A stretch of 64,000 nucleotides of DNA from an uncultured Pseudomonadota bacterium (GCA_902781465.1 CACZJK010000001.1:60243-124242), one strand, 5' to 3'; positions 8,401-19,769 are shown, counted from the stretch's first letter. The notes: generated by a model from the sequence alone, not told the origin. Translations and numbers: made by a program.

Positions 8401-8871
8401 ATGAAAAAAATTTTGTTATTATCTTTATTACTTATACAACCGGTATATGCGGAATATATAACAAATGATATTGTTTCCGGTTGTGATGGTGGGTATTTCT
8501 ATCGTGCACAGTTTGTAAAAAAACAAATAATATGTCCGAATGGTTATTATTTACCCGCAAATGCTTTATCTTGTGAATTATGCCCAAATGGTTATGCATG
8601 TAATGGTGGGACTTACAGTTTTAATGAAAACAATTTTTCTGGTGCAGAATACACAACCCCAATAACAAACAATATGAACAATATATGTGCATCAAATGCA
8701 CCACAATTATTACGTGCGGTATTTCGTCCACATACGATAACGATAAACTGGGACGACGGGACGAATATTACCCAAAATACCTGTCAATATGGTGGTGCGA
8801 TAACATTACCGCCAACGCCGGTCAGGCCGGGTTATGTGTTCGGCGGATGGCGGATTAAGAACCCAGATTAG
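8401..8871 (+). CDS. family B exported protein with C-terminal GW (Listeria-Bacteroides-type) repeat; near-identical paralog at 23403-23873
   Basis: Signal peptide MKKILLLSLLLIQPVYA. It is Cys-rich and carries ITLPPTPVRPGYVFGGWR. It is identical to the paralog across most of its length. Confidence 0.6.
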   Translation: MKKILLLSLLLIQPVYAEYITNDIVSGCDGGYFYRAQFVKKQIICPNGYYLPANALSCELCPNGYACNGGTYSFNENNFSGAEYTTPITNNMNNICASNAPQLLRAVFRPHTITINWDDGTNITQNTCQYGGAITLPPTPVRPGYVFGGWRIKNPD

Positions 8872-8950
8872 TTCCGCCCCCATGGGGAGGAGAATCAATA
8901 AAAAAAAGCACCCGTAATTGCGGGTGCTTTAACAATTATTTTTTTTAAGT

Positions 8951-11350
8951 TTATAATTGTGCCTTGACTTCTTGGATTTCATAGCATTCGACACGATCGC
9001 CTTCTTTCAGATCGTTATATTTGTCGAAACTCATACCAAATTCTACGCCAACGCCAACTTCGGATACTTCGTTCTTTTCGCGACGCAATTCGCCAATCTT
9101 GCCATCGTATATAACAACATTGTTGCGCAACAAACGAACCATTGCAGATTTCTTTATTACACCTTCACTTACGCGGCATCCGGCAACTTTAATACCCTTG
9201 CCCACAGTGAACAATGCGATAACATCTGCATATCCGATAAAGTTTTCACGTTTTTCAGGCGCCAATTTACCAGACAATATTTCTTTGATTTCATCTGTAA
9301 TACGGTAAACAACACTGTGATATCTGATATCTACGCCGTTATTGCGTGCCATATCACGAACCGCACTGTCCGCACGAACATTAAACGCGATTATAACCGC
9401 ACCTGATGCTGTCGCCAATCTGATATCGCCTTCGGTAATTTGACCAACACCCGCAGACAATAATTCTACACCGGCCTTTTCAGAATTAAATCCACGCAAC
9501 ATATCTGAAATCGCCTCCACAGAACCTTGCACATCTGCGCGCAAAATAACTGGCAATGTCAATTTCTTGGTTTCATCACGTTTTGCAAACAATTCTTCCA
9601 AAGAAGAACGTTTAACTGCGTTTGCTTTATCTTTTGCCTTTTGTGCACGATATGCAGCAACTTCACGTGTTTGCGCTTCATTTTCCATAACGTGTAATTC
9701 GTCACCCGCAGATGGAACAGATTCCAAACCTAATACCATTGCTGGCTGACCCGGTTTAACAGATTTAACACGGACACCATTTGAATTTATCAAACCACGA
9801 ACGCGTCCAAATGTTTCACCAACTACGAACACATCACCAACAGATAAAGTTCCCTGGCGCATCAAAATTGTTGCAACCGCACCAAGCCCTTTTTCCATTT
9901 TTGCCTCTACTACATATGCAGAAGCCAACATATCTGGGTCGGCCTTTAAATCCATAATTTCGGCCTGTAAAAGAATCGCTTCTTCTAATTTATCCAGGCC
10001 CATTTTTGTTTTCGCAGAAATTTCAACACATTGAACATCACCACCCATTTCTTCAACCTGAACTTCCTGTTGCAACAGGTCTGTTTTTACACGATACGGG
10101 TCGGCTTCTGGTAAATCACATTTGTTGATTGCGACAATAAAAGGAGCCTTGGCCGCACGAATATGATTTATCGCTTCGATTGTTTGTGGCATAATTGAAT
10201 CATTGGCCGCAACAACCAAAACAACGATATCTGCGATTTGCGCACCGCGTGCACGCATTGCTGTAAAAGTTTCATGTCCCGGCGTATCAAGGAAAGTTAT
10301 TATCGCACCAGATTTTGTTTTAACTTCATACGAAGAAATATGCTGTGTGATTCCACCTGCTTCGCCTGCAACTACATTTGCATTACGGAACGCGTCCAAA
10401 AGTGAAGTTTTACCATGGTCAACGTGTCCCACAACTGTCACAACTGGATAACGCGGTTGCAATCTGTCCGCGTGTGGTTCTTCTTCCAAAATATTAGCAT
10501 AAGGTTTAACATCAACACGTTTTACTGTTGCACCAAATTCAGTTGCTATCAATTCGGCCGTATCCGCATCAATAGATTGATTTTGTGAAGCCATCATGCC
10601 CATTTCCATCAATTTTTTGATAACATTGCCGACTTTTTCAGCCATAGCAGCCGCCAAATCTTTCACAGTAATCGTATCACCCAATGTGACAATGTGTTCC
10701 ACCTTTTGTGGCGCAGTAAATACAGCTCGTGCTTTTTCACGGAAACGTTTTAATGAAGCCTCGCTGCGACGGCGATTTGCACCACGCAAACCGATTTCGT
10801 CATCGTCGTCATCTTCGCCACCACCGATAACAATATCGTGGATAGAAATCTTGCCACCTTTTTTGAAATCTTTTTTAAAACGATTTTGTTTTTGACCACG
10901 AACATCATCAGCATCTTCATCACGACGATTGTTATGGTTATTAAAGGCGACATTATTCTTTTTATTTTCATGAGTGTTTTCGCGCACTGGAACGATCGCA
11001 GGTTCTTCAACAACTGCTTCCGCTTCGCTTTCACGTTGCGCCAATTGTTCTTTGACTGCTTCGTATTCACGATTTTCGCGTTCTATTTCCGCTTCGCGTG
11101 CACGACGCGCTGCTTCTTCTTCGGCCTCGCGTTTTCTGCGTTCTTCATCACGCGCCTTTGCTGCCTCTAATACGGCACGTAATTTTTCATCAGCCGCACT
11201 GCGCACATTTTCAACCTTTTTAGGTTCTTCACGTAATTCATTATTACCCGGTGCAACAATGCGACGACGGCGTTCTACAAAGACAGCGTCGCCTTTTTTA
11301 CTTTGCACTGCACCAACTGTCACAGATTTTCCAAGTGTTAATGTCGCCAT
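8951..11350 (-). CDS. infB: translation initiation factor IF-2
   Basis: GTPase G-domain motifs are present ([21 protein letters not shown]) with a charged N-terminal region. Length is 799 aa. Confidence 0.95.
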   Translation of the reverse strand: MATLTLGKSVTVGAVQSKKGDAVFVERRRRIVAPGNNELREEPKKVENVRSAADEKLRAVLEAAKARDEERRKREAEEEAARRAREAEIERENREYEAVKEQLAQRESEAEAVVEEPAIVPVRENTHENKKNNVAFNNHNNRRDEDADDVRGQKQNRFKKDFKKGGKISIHDIVIGGGEDDDDDEIGLRGANRRRSEASLKRFREKARAVFTAPQKVEHIVTLGDTITVKDLAAAMAEKVGNVIKKLMEMGMMASQNQSIDADTAELIATEFGATVKRVDVKPYANILEEEPHADRLQPRYPVVTVVGHVDHGKTSLLDAFRNANVVAGEAGGITQHISSYEVKTKSGAIITFLDTPGHETFTAMRARGAQIADIVVLVVAANDSIMPQTIEAINHIRAAKAPFIVAINKCDLPEADPYRVKTDLLQQEVQVEEMGGDVQCVEISAKTKMGLDKLEEAILLQAEIMDLKADPDMLASAYVVEAKMEKGLGAVATILMRQGTLSVGDVFVVGETFGRVRGLINSNGVRVKSVKPGQPAMVLGLESVPSAGDELHVMENEAQTREVAAYRAQKAKDKANAVKRSSLEELFAKRDETKKLTLPVILRADVQGSVEAISDMLRGFNSEKAGVELLSAGVGQITEGDIRLATASGAVIIAFNVRADSAVRDMARNNGVDIRYHSVVYRITDEIKEILSGKLAPEKRENFIGYADVIALFTVGKGIKVAGCRVSEGVIKKSAMVRLLRNNVVIYDGKIGELRREKNEVSEVGVGVEFGMSFDKYNDLKEGDRVECYEIQEVKAQL

Positions 11351-11386
11351 ATTTTAACCTTTGGTTTTATTATTACCTTTATTTTA

Positions 11387-12931
11387 TTATTCAGCGTCCG
11401 TTTCTGGAACGATACCGTATGCCAATTCACGTGCCTTCATAACAATACGTTCTGCAAGACGTTCTGACATATTATCTTCGCCCAAGATTTCAACCAATTC
11501 GTCAGATGCAAGGTCTGCCAAATCAGACAAAGATTTAATATCGTTTTCACCCAATTTCATAATTATTGGACGTTTAATGAAATCGAATTTCAACAAATCA
11601 TCGCTCATACCCATTTTGTGGCCATTATCAAAATAATCTTGTTCAATTTTGGCCAAGTATGCTTTTGCACGATTTTGTAATTCTGTTGCCAATTCTGTAT
11701 TGAATCCTTCGATAGATTCCAATTCAGACTGTTCAACATACGCAATTTCTTCGATTGTTCTGAAACCTTCTGTAATCAATAATTGAGCAATAGTTTCATC
11801 AACATCCAAAGCACTTGTAAACAATTCTGTTTTTTCTTTGAATTCTTTTGCACGGCGTTCTGCTTCTTCGGCTTCACTCATAACATCAATATTCCAACCA
11901 GTCAATTGAGAAGCAAGGCGAACATTTTGACCACGACGACCAATTGCCAAAGATTGTTGGTCTTCTGTCACAACGACGGCCGCAGTATGTGTATCTTCGT
12001 CAACGATGATTTTTGCAACTTTCGCAGGTTGCATTGCATTAACGATAAATACTGCAGGGTCTTCTGAATACAAAATAACATCAATCTTTTCACCATGACA
12101 TTCGTTTATCACAGGTTGAATACGTGTTCCCTTGATACCAACAGTCATACCAACCGCATCAATAGATGGATCTTGGGTTTCAACTGCGATTTTAGCGTGT
12201 GAGCCAGGCGCACGAGATACAGATTTAATTTTAATAATACCTTCATAAATTTCTGGAACTTCTTGAGTGAACAATTTTTCCATAAAACTTGGGTGGGTTC
12301 TGGTCAAGAAAATCTGTGGGCCTGTATTAGAACGAACAACGTCCATAATCAAAGCACGAACACGATCACCAACCGCCAAGCGTTCACCTGGGATTAATTC
12401 TGTATTTTTGATATAACCTTCGGCTTTGCCATTGATATCAACAAAAACATTACCAAATTCAATACGTTTAACAACACCATTAACAATATCGCCTATATTA
12501 TCTTTGAATTCTTCGTATTGATTGCCTTTTTCTGCATCACGCACACGTGCGGTCATAATTTGACGCGCTGTTTGGAAAGCCATACGACCAAATTCTGGTT
12601 CTGGCAACATATCTTCGACCACATCACCAACCTGAGGATTTGCAGCATATTTTTTTGCCTTTTCCACAGTCAACATAGTGTTTGCGTCGTATTCTTCGCC
12701 CTTGGATTCAGGGGATTCGATAACTTCGAACAGACGTTTTACATGTATTGCACCATTTTTACGATCGATTTGTGCAGCAATGTTAAATTCTTCACCATAT
12801 TTATGTTTTGCAATTTTTGCGATGGCCGCTTCCAAAGATTCGATAACTGTTTCGCGATCTATCATCTTTTCTTGGGCCAAAGAATCAATCGCTAATAACA
12901 AATCTTGACGTGGCATAGATTCAAAAGACAT
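11387..12931 (-). CDS. nusA: transcription termination/antitermination factor NusA
   Basis: S1 and KH domains plus a C-terminal acidic region. It is adjacent to infB. Confidence 0.9.
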   Translation of the reverse strand: MSFESMPRQDLLLAIDSLAQEKMIDRETVIESLEAAIAKIAKHKYGEEFNIAAQIDRKNGAIHVKRLFEVIESPESKGEEYDANTMLTVEKAKKYAANPQVGDVVEDMLPEPEFGRMAFQTARQIMTARVRDAEKGNQYEEFKDNIGDIVNGVVKRIEFGNVFVDINGKAEGYIKNTELIPGERLAVGDRVRALIMDVVRSNTGPQIFLTRTHPSFMEKLFTQEVPEIYEGIIKIKSVSRAPGSHAKIAVETQDPSIDAVGMTVGIKGTRIQPVINECHGEKIDVILYSEDPAVFIVNAMQPAKVAKIIVDEDTHTAAVVVTEDQQSLAIGRRGQNVRLASQLTGWNIDVMSEAEEAERRAKEFKEKTELFTSALDVDETIAQLLITEGFRTIEEIAYVEQSELESIEGFNTELATELQNRAKAYLAKIEQDYFDNGHKMGMSDDLLKFDFIKRPIIMKLGENDIKSLSDLADLASDELVEILGEDNMSERLAERIVMKARELAYGIVPETDAE

Positions 12932-13142
12932 TTATTTCTCCTTATGATGTTGTTTTTATTGCCTTTTTATTGAAAGAGCGGGGTTTTTATAACCCCGCCC
13001 TTAAAACTTATTTTAAGAACACGATATATTATTGTGTCCGAATCGTTAAAAATCAAGTAAAAAATGAAGTATTTTTAATATAAAACAAATATATATTATT
13101 GTCTTTGTTGCTTGACGGTATGACTTTTGGGCTTTATACTTT

Positions 13143-14210
13143 ATGATTATGAAGATTATAAACCGATATTTTAGGCGTCAACTGCTTGGCATATTTGTCA
13201 TGCTGTTGTTGATTTTGACAGGTTTGTCATGGATGATGCAGATTATGTCTATGATGAAATTCCTGCTTAGTTATGGTATTAAATTTTCCAGTTTTGTTTA
13301 TTTAACTTCGTTGATGATACCTTTTATCATATCAATAATCATTCCTTTTGTCACATTTATCGCGACAATATTTATCTATAACAAAATGATTACCGAAAAC
13401 GAAGTGACGGTTATGGCGGCATCTGGTCTGTCTCCATGGCAAATTGCAAAACCTGCGATAAGACTGGCCGCATGGATAACATTGGCGCATTTGATTTTGA
13501 ATATATGGATTGTTCCTTTAAGTCAAAGGATGTTTTACAGCACCCAATGGAATTTACGTTATGGTTTGGCACATTTGAAATTACAAGAATCTGCTTTTAC
13601 TAAACTGGCAAATGGACTGGTTGTTTATGTTGATAATGTTTCTGGAAAGGATTTGAACCAAGTTATGTTATCTGATATGCGCACAGAAAATAATCAATTA
13701 TTGGTTTTTGCAAAGCGTGGCAAACTGGTTTCAACTGTCCATGGGCTTTCTATTGTGACCGATAATGGTTCGTTGCAAATCCAGGGACGCAATGGCTTTA
13801 CCACCGGCACATTTGATAATATGGACATGGATTTGAATTTGGTTGAAAATGACAAAGATGCATCTTTCCGTGTTCGCAGAATACCAAGTTGGACTTTATT
13901 AAAAACAGTATTTTCCCAAGATGACACACGTCAACATAAATTGACATTGGTTGAAATTTGCACACGATTTATAAATCCATTTATGAATATTATTTTGGCA
14001 ATAGTTTGTACACTTGCATTGTTAAAAACATCTTTATTGCGTCGTCGTGCCAGTTTTGCCCCAGCAATGGCGGTATTAGGTATGGCGGCAGTAATGGCGC
14101 TTTATATGTCTATGTCTAATATGGTGACCAGTTTGACTGATGTTGGATTGTTGGCACTTGTTGTATTCGGGTTATTGTTCGCATTAATTGGTTTATTGTT
14201 AAAAAAATGA
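13143..14210 (+). CDS. lptF: LPS export ABC permease, LptF/LptG (YjgP/YjgQ) family
   Basis: Six-TM permease, 355 aa, located directly upstream of lptD. Confidence 0.6.
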   Translation: MIMKIINRYFRRQLLGIFVMLLLILTGLSWMMQIMSMMKFLLSYGIKFSSFVYLTSLMIPFIISIIIPFVTFIATIFIYNKMITENEVTVMAASGLSPWQIAKPAIRLAAWITLAHLILNIWIVPLSQRMFYSTQWNLRYGLAHLKLQESAFTKLANGLVVYVDNVSGKDLNQVMLSDMRTENNQLLVFAKRGKLVSTVHGLSIVTDNGSLQIQGRNGFTTGTFDNMDMDLNLVENDKDASFRVRRIPSWTLLKTVFSQDDTRQHKLTLVEICTRFINPFMNIILAIVCTLALLKTSLLRRRASFAPAMAVLGMAAVMALYMSMSNMVTSLTDVGLLALVVFGLLFALIGLLLKK

Positions 14211-16240
14211 AAAGCATAAATTTATCTTTACTGATGTGTTTATTTACAACAAACGCTTTTTGTTTGGGTGTGAATACTGACGAACCAAAAACAATTAAAT
14301 CAGATAAAGTTTATTACAACGTAAAATCCGAAGAAATAAAAACGTCGGGCAATACAGAAATGACAAATGCCTCGGGCCAGCGCATAAGATTAAATGAATT
14401 AAGTCTGTCAAAAAATCAATCAAGCGTTCACGCAAGCGATATTGAAATCTGGTTGGGTAATCATGTTTATGTCAAAGCAGACAAAGTCACAAAAAACGGC
14501 GATGAAACCATTGCTAAAAACGCAGACTTTACCGCATGTGAAGGCTGTGATTCTTATGGAAACGCCTGGGATATACACGCACATACAATAGTTCATGATG
14601 CAATTGAAAAGATGATTTATTTTCATAATGCTTCATTTTGGGTTTATGATAATAATATTCCGGTTTTGTGGTTGCCTTATTACGAAATGCCAGACCCAAG
14701 TGTAAAATACAAAACAGGCTTTTTGTCGCCAAGTTTTAATTCAACAAACGGTATGGGAACCCAGATAAATATACCGGTATATATAAATATATCTGATCAT
14801 CATGATTTAACAACAACTTTTTCATACCTTACAAACGAAAACCCGTTATTTCAGGCCGAACACAGATTGAATTTTCGCCGTTCTGAATTCAGAACCAAGG
14901 GTTCTTTTACTCATAACGAAGCCGGCAAAAATCGTTGGCATTTATATAATGACGATATAATTGAAATGGGCGACAATGCACGCACAACCATATATATTGC
15001 CAGAACATCTGATAAAACCTATTTGCAAAAATATGGTTTTTACGATTATCAACCATACCTTGATTCTGGGGCCAAGGTAGAATTATTCGGGCAAACCAGT
15101 TATGTTGTGGCCGACGCCCATATATTCCAAGAATTACGTACTGCAAGTGGCAATCAACAAGAAGTTTCTGGAAACATATTACCAAACGTTCGTGGTGTAT
15201 ATCAAACGGACCCATTTTGGCACGAAACTTATCTCAGTTTCTCTGGCGACGTATTGGCAGTATCCAGTGAAAAATCAGACAGTCAACGCGCCATTGGCGA
15301 AGCACGCATAATTTCCCCATGGACATTGTGGGGTGGGAATCGTTTAACGCTTAGTGTGGCATCACGATATGATATTTATAATTTTGATAAAACCGCAGTT
15401 TATAATGAAAGCGGCCAAATAAATGATTCTTATACCGGTGTCAAATCAAGATTTTTACCAAGTGGTTATGTTGAATGGGGGCTTCCTCTTTACAGTGTTA
15501 AAAACGATTGGACTTATATAATCGAACCACGTGCACGTTTAACAGTTATGCAACGCACAGACACAAAGTCCGTATTTGCAGCAGACAATGATTCTGCCGG
15601 TCGCTTTTTGTCTGATACAACATTGTTCTCTAATAACAGATATGCGGGATACGATGTATGGGAAAACGGTAATTTCATTGATTATGGCGCACGTTGGGCT
15701 GCATTTAATACCAATAATAATATCGAAGTGTTTTTGGGACAAACTTACGATTTTGTTTCTGACAAGGAAGACTTTTATGACAACGGTTTCAGAAATGGTT
15801 TTTCTGACTATGTTGGACGTATTGCGTATTCACGAAAATATTTTGAAATCTCGTCACGTTTTCGTAACGACAGATACACGTACAAATTAAATCATACCGA
15901 AAATTCTATTTATATCGGCCATGGAAATAACTATATATCTTTGGGACACATTTGGGATACACAACCTATTGATATTTATTCTGGCGGGGATAAAGATACT
16001 CACGAAATTGCAACTGGTGCCGGCCTTCAACTGACTAAAAGAATAAATGTTAAAAGTTCTGTAATATTTAATGCATACGAACATATTATACAAAGACATT
16101 CTGGCGGGGTATTCTATGAACATCCATGTTATTATTTTTCTTTGGAATACCAACGCGATAACGCAACACACGAAGACTATGTTGGAAACACCACTTTCCA
16201 ATTCAGATTTGGTATGAGTATTGACGGCAAACATTATTAA
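14207..16240 (+). CDS. lptD: LPS-assembly outer membrane protein LptD
   Basis: 677 aa with a signal peptide, an OstA-like N-terminal domain and a large beta-barrel. It follows lptF and precedes surA. Confidence 0.7.
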   Translation: MKSINLSLLMCLFTTNAFCLGVNTDEPKTIKSDKVYYNVKSEEIKTSGNTEMTNASGQRIRLNELSLSKNQSSVHASDIEIWLGNHVYVKADKVTKNGDETIAKNADFTACEGCDSYGNAWDIHAHTIVHDAIEKMIYFHNASFWVYDNNIPVLWLPYYEMPDPSVKYKTGFLSPSFNSTNGMGTQINIPVYINISDHHDLTTTFSYLTNENPLFQAEHRLNFRRSEFRTKGSFTHNEAGKNRWHLYNDDIIEMGDNARTTIYIARTSDKTYLQKYGFYDYQPYLDSGAKVELFGQTSYVVADAHIFQELRTASGNQQEVSGNILPNVRGVYQTDPFWHETYLSFSGDVLAVSSEKSDSQRAIGEARIISPWTLWGGNRLTLSVASRYDIYNFDKTAVYNESGQINDSYTGVKSRFLPSGYVEWGLPLYSVKNDWTYIIEPRARLTVMQRTDTKSVFAADNDSAGRFLSDTTLFSNNRYAGYDVWENGNFIDYGARWAAFNTNNNIEVFLGQTYDFVSDKEDFYDNGFRNGFSDYVGRIAYSRKYFEISSRFRNDRYTYKLNHTENSIYIGHGNNYISLGHIWDTQPIDIYSGGDKDTHEIATGAGLQLTKRINVKSSVIFNAYEHIIQRHSGGVFYEHPCYYFSLEYQRDNATHEDYVGNTTFQFRFGMSIDGKHY

Positions 16241-16254
16241 AGCGGGGGAATTAG

Positions 16255-17076
16255 ATGAAAAAATTATTAGGTATAGTTTTTCTTTTGTTAAATACAGTCA
16301 ATGCAAATGCAGCCACTGTGGTAGGTTCTGTTAATGGTAAACCTGTCACAGACACAGATATAACAGCACGCACAGAATTAATGGCAAAGCAAGGCAAGGT
16401 ATCAAAAACAAATCGCAAACAGGCTTTCCAAAACATAGTCGATGATTATATCAAACTGGATTATGCTGCGAATTATAATGTAAAACCAACAGATAAAGAC
16501 GCAGATAAAGAATTAAAGCAAATGAACCTGGGCGAAATGAGTGATACAGTGCATGCTATGGCGCGTTTGGCAATGCGTGCAAATATTGCATGGAATGTTA
16601 TGATGGCGCGCACCATTGTCCCACACATAGAAGTTTCACAATCTGATATTGATGAAGAAAAGGCATCAATTGCACGCGAACATGGATTACCTGTTGAAAT
16701 AACTATGTTGCGCGTTATCGATATGCCAAATGATATATATCAAAAATTGAGCAAACCTAAAAATTGTGATGAAGCAGAAAAAATGATTGAAAACTTTGGT
16801 GGGTATCCACAAAAGATTACCGCTCAACACTACGAACTGGCCCCAGAAGTTCGTGAACGAATTGCAAACCTGCCTTTGCTGACTTGGTCTAAAAATGAAA
16901 ACAACTCAATTTTCTTGGTATGCAGTGAAAAGAAAACCAAGGAATATAAAAATCTGGATGAAATAATTAAACAAAACGCAATTTATAAAAAAGCCTCTTT
17001 TAACGGCGACCAACAATTAAAACAATTGCGCCGCAAGGCTGTGATTATTGTGAACGACGAACGATATAAATTATGA
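16255..17076 (+). CDS. surA: SurA N-terminal-domain-like periplasmic chaperone (no obvious PPIase domain)
   Basis: Signal peptide, a VNGKPVTDTDI motif and its position between lptD and rlmN. Confidence 0.45.
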   Translation: MKKLLGIVFLLLNTVNANAATVVGSVNGKPVTDTDITARTELMAKQGKVSKTNRKQAFQNIVDDYIKLDYAANYNVKPTDKDADKELKQMNLGEMSDTVHAMARLAMRANIAWNVMMARTIVPHIEVSQSDIDEEKASIAREHGLPVEITMLRVIDMPNDIYQKLSKPKNCDEAEKMIENFGGYPQKITAQHYELAPEVRERIANLPLLTWSKNENNSIFLVCSEKKTKEYKNLDEIIKQNAIYKKASFNGDQQLKQLRRKAVIIVNDERYKL

Positions 17077-18179
17077 AAACAATACTTTTTAATTTAAACG
17101 ATTCTGAATTAGAAAAATTTGTGACAGATTTGTCACAACCTCGTTTTCGTGCAAAACAAATTCGCGAATGGTTAAATCGTGGCGCGCCTGATTTCAGTGT
17201 AATGAAAAACTTGCCAGAAGATTTAAGGAATAAATTATCTGAAATTGCTGAAACTTTGCCATTAAAAATCGTAAAAAAACTGGAAAGCAGCGACAATCAA
17301 ACAACCAAGTTTTTGCTGGAATTAAATGACGGCGAACAAATTGAATGCGTTTTGATGCGGACTACATACGGAAACAGCGTATGCGTTTCGTCCCAGGCCG
17401 GATGTGCGATGGGTTGTAAATTTTGTGCTTCGACATTACTTGGACTTAAACGTAATTTAACTGTCAATGAAATGTATGCCCAGGTTTTAACCGCACAATG
17501 GGAATTACGCAAAGACAGAATTGATAAAAAAGATATTCACCCAAATGGCGATGCAAACAACGGTGATGTTTCACATATTGTTGTTATGGGAACCGGCGAA
17601 CCTTTACAAAATACAGAAAATGTAATTGGATTTTTGGAACGCGCAAATTCTGAATTAAATATATCGTGGCGTCGTATAACTGTTTCTACTTGTGGCATAG
17701 TCCCAGGAATCGAAGAATTAAACAAATGGGGCCGACCAATCAATCTGGCGATATCTTTACACGCACCAACTGATGAATTGCGTTCACAAATTATGCCTAT
17801 CAACAACAGATATAAATTAAACGAAGTTCTTGATGCCGCTTTTGCGTTTTCAGACACGCACAACCGTCAATTGATGATTGAATATATATTGTTGGGTAAA
17901 AAAGACGAAAACGATTCTGTGGTACTTTATAATGCAAATGAAGATTATGCCAATAAATTGGTCGAATTGATGCGTGGGCATAATGTTATGGTAAATTTGA
18001 TACCTTGGAACGCAGTGGACGAACGCGATTTTGCTTCCATTTCTGGAAATGCAGTTCACAGATTCCAAGATATTTTGATTAAAAACGGAATTCATACACG
18101 AATCAGACGGGAACGGGGGGCGGATATTGGTTCTGCGTGTGGACAATTAAGGCTAAAAAATGCAAGGGATAAAAAATGA
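17073..18179 (+). CDS. rlmN: 23S rRNA (adenine2503-C2)-methyltransferase, radical SAM
   Basis: CX3CX2C radical SAM motif (SQAGCAMGCKFCAS) and RlmN/Cfr family conservation. Confidence 0.85.
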   Translation: MKTILFNLNDSELEKFVTDLSQPRFRAKQIREWLNRGAPDFSVMKNLPEDLRNKLSEIAETLPLKIVKKLESSDNQTTKFLLELNDGEQIECVLMRTTYGNSVCVSSQAGCAMGCKFCASTLLGLKRNLTVNEMYAQVLTAQWELRKDRIDKKDIHPNGDANNGDVSHIVVMGTGEPLQNTENVIGFLERANSELNISWRRITVSTCGIVPGIEELNKWGRPINLAISLHAPTDELRSQIMPINNRYKLNEVLDAAFAFSDTHNRQLMIEYILLGKKDENDSVVLYNANEDYANKLVELMRGHNVMVNLIPWNAVDERDFASISGNAVHRFQDILIKNGIHTRIRRERGADIGSACGQLRLKNARDKK

Positions 18180-18925
18180 AATTAAGATATATAACTTGTT
18201 CTGACCCTCGTGAACACAATTCAGTAAAATCTATTATTCAACTGTCGCAAAAACCGCATGCTGAAATTGCGGTCCAATGCCACCCATCTGCTATGGCTGC
18301 CGGCATGCCACGCAATATATGGTTTAATGAATTATTGCGCGCCGCGATGGAATTGCGTTCTATGAATTTAGCAATACATATAAATAATGAATGGTCTAAT
18401 GATATATGCACCAAAGGTATTATCCCAGGTATTATTTATGATTGGATGAAAATTGAAAAACAGCACAACAAACCACTTATAAAACGCATACAATTAAATA
18501 TGTCAAAAAATACGGCAGATAATATAGATGTGTGTGCTGTGCGTGCGGTATTATACGAATTCAGACATCAAGAATTTATATTTCAATACAATGATAAAAC
18601 CAAGGCCGCAATAGATAAACTACATAAATCAGGGGCCAAGTTTTCGTTATTGTTTGATGCAAGTGGTGGCAACGGTATATCGCCTGACAGTTGGCAAAAA
18701 CCAATATACGCCGAACACCCAATGGGATACAGTGGCGGCATATCGCCAATGAATGTTGTAGGAAATTTAAATAAAATCGCACCACTGGTGGGCGAAGATG
18801 AAACCTGGATAGATGCCGAAGGCAAATTAAAATCTCAAACCTTGTTCGAAGAAAAAGCCTTATTCGATGCAGATTTGGCCCGTGCATATATCAACCGCGC
18901 CAACAAATGGCAAAAACAACATTAA
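18176..18925 (+). CDS. phosphoribosylanthranilate isomerase-like (TrpF-fold) protein
   Basis: C-terminal DASGGNGISPDSW...GYSGGISPMNV resembles the TrpF motif LD..GGSG..FDW..LAGGL.P.NV. Confidence 0.3.
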   Translation: MKLRYITCSDPREHNSVKSIIQLSQKPHAEIAVQCHPSAMAAGMPRNIWFNELLRAAMELRSMNLAIHINNEWSNDICTKGIIPGIIYDWMKIEKQHNKPLIKRIQLNMSKNTADNIDVCAVRAVLYEFRHQEFIFQYNDKTKAAIDKLHKSGAKFSLLFDASGGNGISPDSWQKPIYAEHPMGYSGGISPMNVVGNLNKIAPLVGEDETWIDAEGKLKSQTLFEEKALFDADLARAYINRANKWQKQH

Positions 18926-18926
18926 A

Positions 18927-18949
18927 AAAACCGCCAATCGGCGGTTTTT
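18927..18949 (+). terminator. rho-independent terminator (bidirectional)
   Basis: AAAACCGCCAAUCGGCGGUUUUU. Confidence 0.6.
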
Positions 18950-18954
18950 AACTA

Positions 18955-19767
18955 TTATTCATCCCAACAAACATCTTCCCCATTCAAACATCTTGCTTCT
19001 GCGTCGCCAAGGCACGCACAAACACCTGTTTCTGAATTATAATGATAAGCCCTTGGGTTAGCACATTTTTGTACCAATTCTTTACATTTATCTTCTGTAT
19101 TATTTTCACCAGACAATGTACACGCTGCCAGAACAGGTACATTTATTTCAACAACCTGCCCCGTTCCAGATGTTTGTTCTTTAGGTATTGAATTGACATT
19201 AAATGTTCCGTTGAAACTTTCACCTTCGCACAAATTTTGAAAATCATCGGACTCTGTCGCAACGGTACTAGTTTTTTCTACACATGATTTACCATCTTCT
19301 GCTACTTCAAAATTGCCACTGCAACTTAATATCTTACAATCGCCATTTTCATCTTTTTCAACCGTCAATATTTTATTAGTATTTGCACCTTCGGCCGTTA
19401 ATTGGGTTTTACATTCAGCCAATAATGCCGCTTGTTCTGCCGCTGCTGCTTCTCTTTGGGCTTTAAGTGCCTGTTTATCAGTTATTGATTTATTAAGCGA
19501 TTCTATTTTTTCATCTTTCTTTTCTATTGTTTTTTCATTATCTTTTATAGTTTTTGCTTCATATATATTTGCCGCAACACCGGCCGCAGTTAAACCCAAA
19601 GTTGAAATTCCTGCGATTTTAAGGCCTTTGTTTGTTCCCATACACTTTTCCAACTGTTCCATTTTTCGCTGTTTTTCACGCACCAATTGTGTAAAACGTG
19701 CCGACGCACCAAACACCATATTCGGAACCAATGCCAACAATAATGGTAAAAGGAAATATTTTTTCAT
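18955..19767 (-). CDS. family E exported protein (coiled-coil, glycine zipper, Cys-rich C-terminal domain)
   Basis: Paralog of 2697-3095 with a signal peptide and many Cys residues in the C-terminal half. Confidence 0.55.
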   Translation of the reverse strand: MKKYFLLPLLLALVPNMVFGASARFTQLVREKQRKMEQLEKCMGTNKGLKIAGISTLGLTAAGVAANIYEAKTIKDNEKTIEKKDEKIESLNKSITDKQALKAQREAAAAEQAALLAECKTQLTAEGANTNKILTVEKDENGDCKILSCSGNFEVAEDGKSCVEKTSTVATESDDFQNLCEGESFNGTFNVNSIPKEQTSGTGQVVEINVPVLAACTLSGENNTEDKCKELVQKCANPRAYHYNSETGVCACLGDAEARCLNGEDVCWDE

Positions 19768-19769
19768 TT

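Noticed and set aside
10974-11357. Antisense or alternative-frame ORFs inside infB, pnp, ileS, mutS and recF (for example 10974-11357, 21231-21674, 56232-56636, 38287-38560).
   Set aside because: They are fully embedded in strongly supported housekeeping genes and are low-complexity (Ser/Arg/Ala-rich) translations of the opposite strand or another frame.
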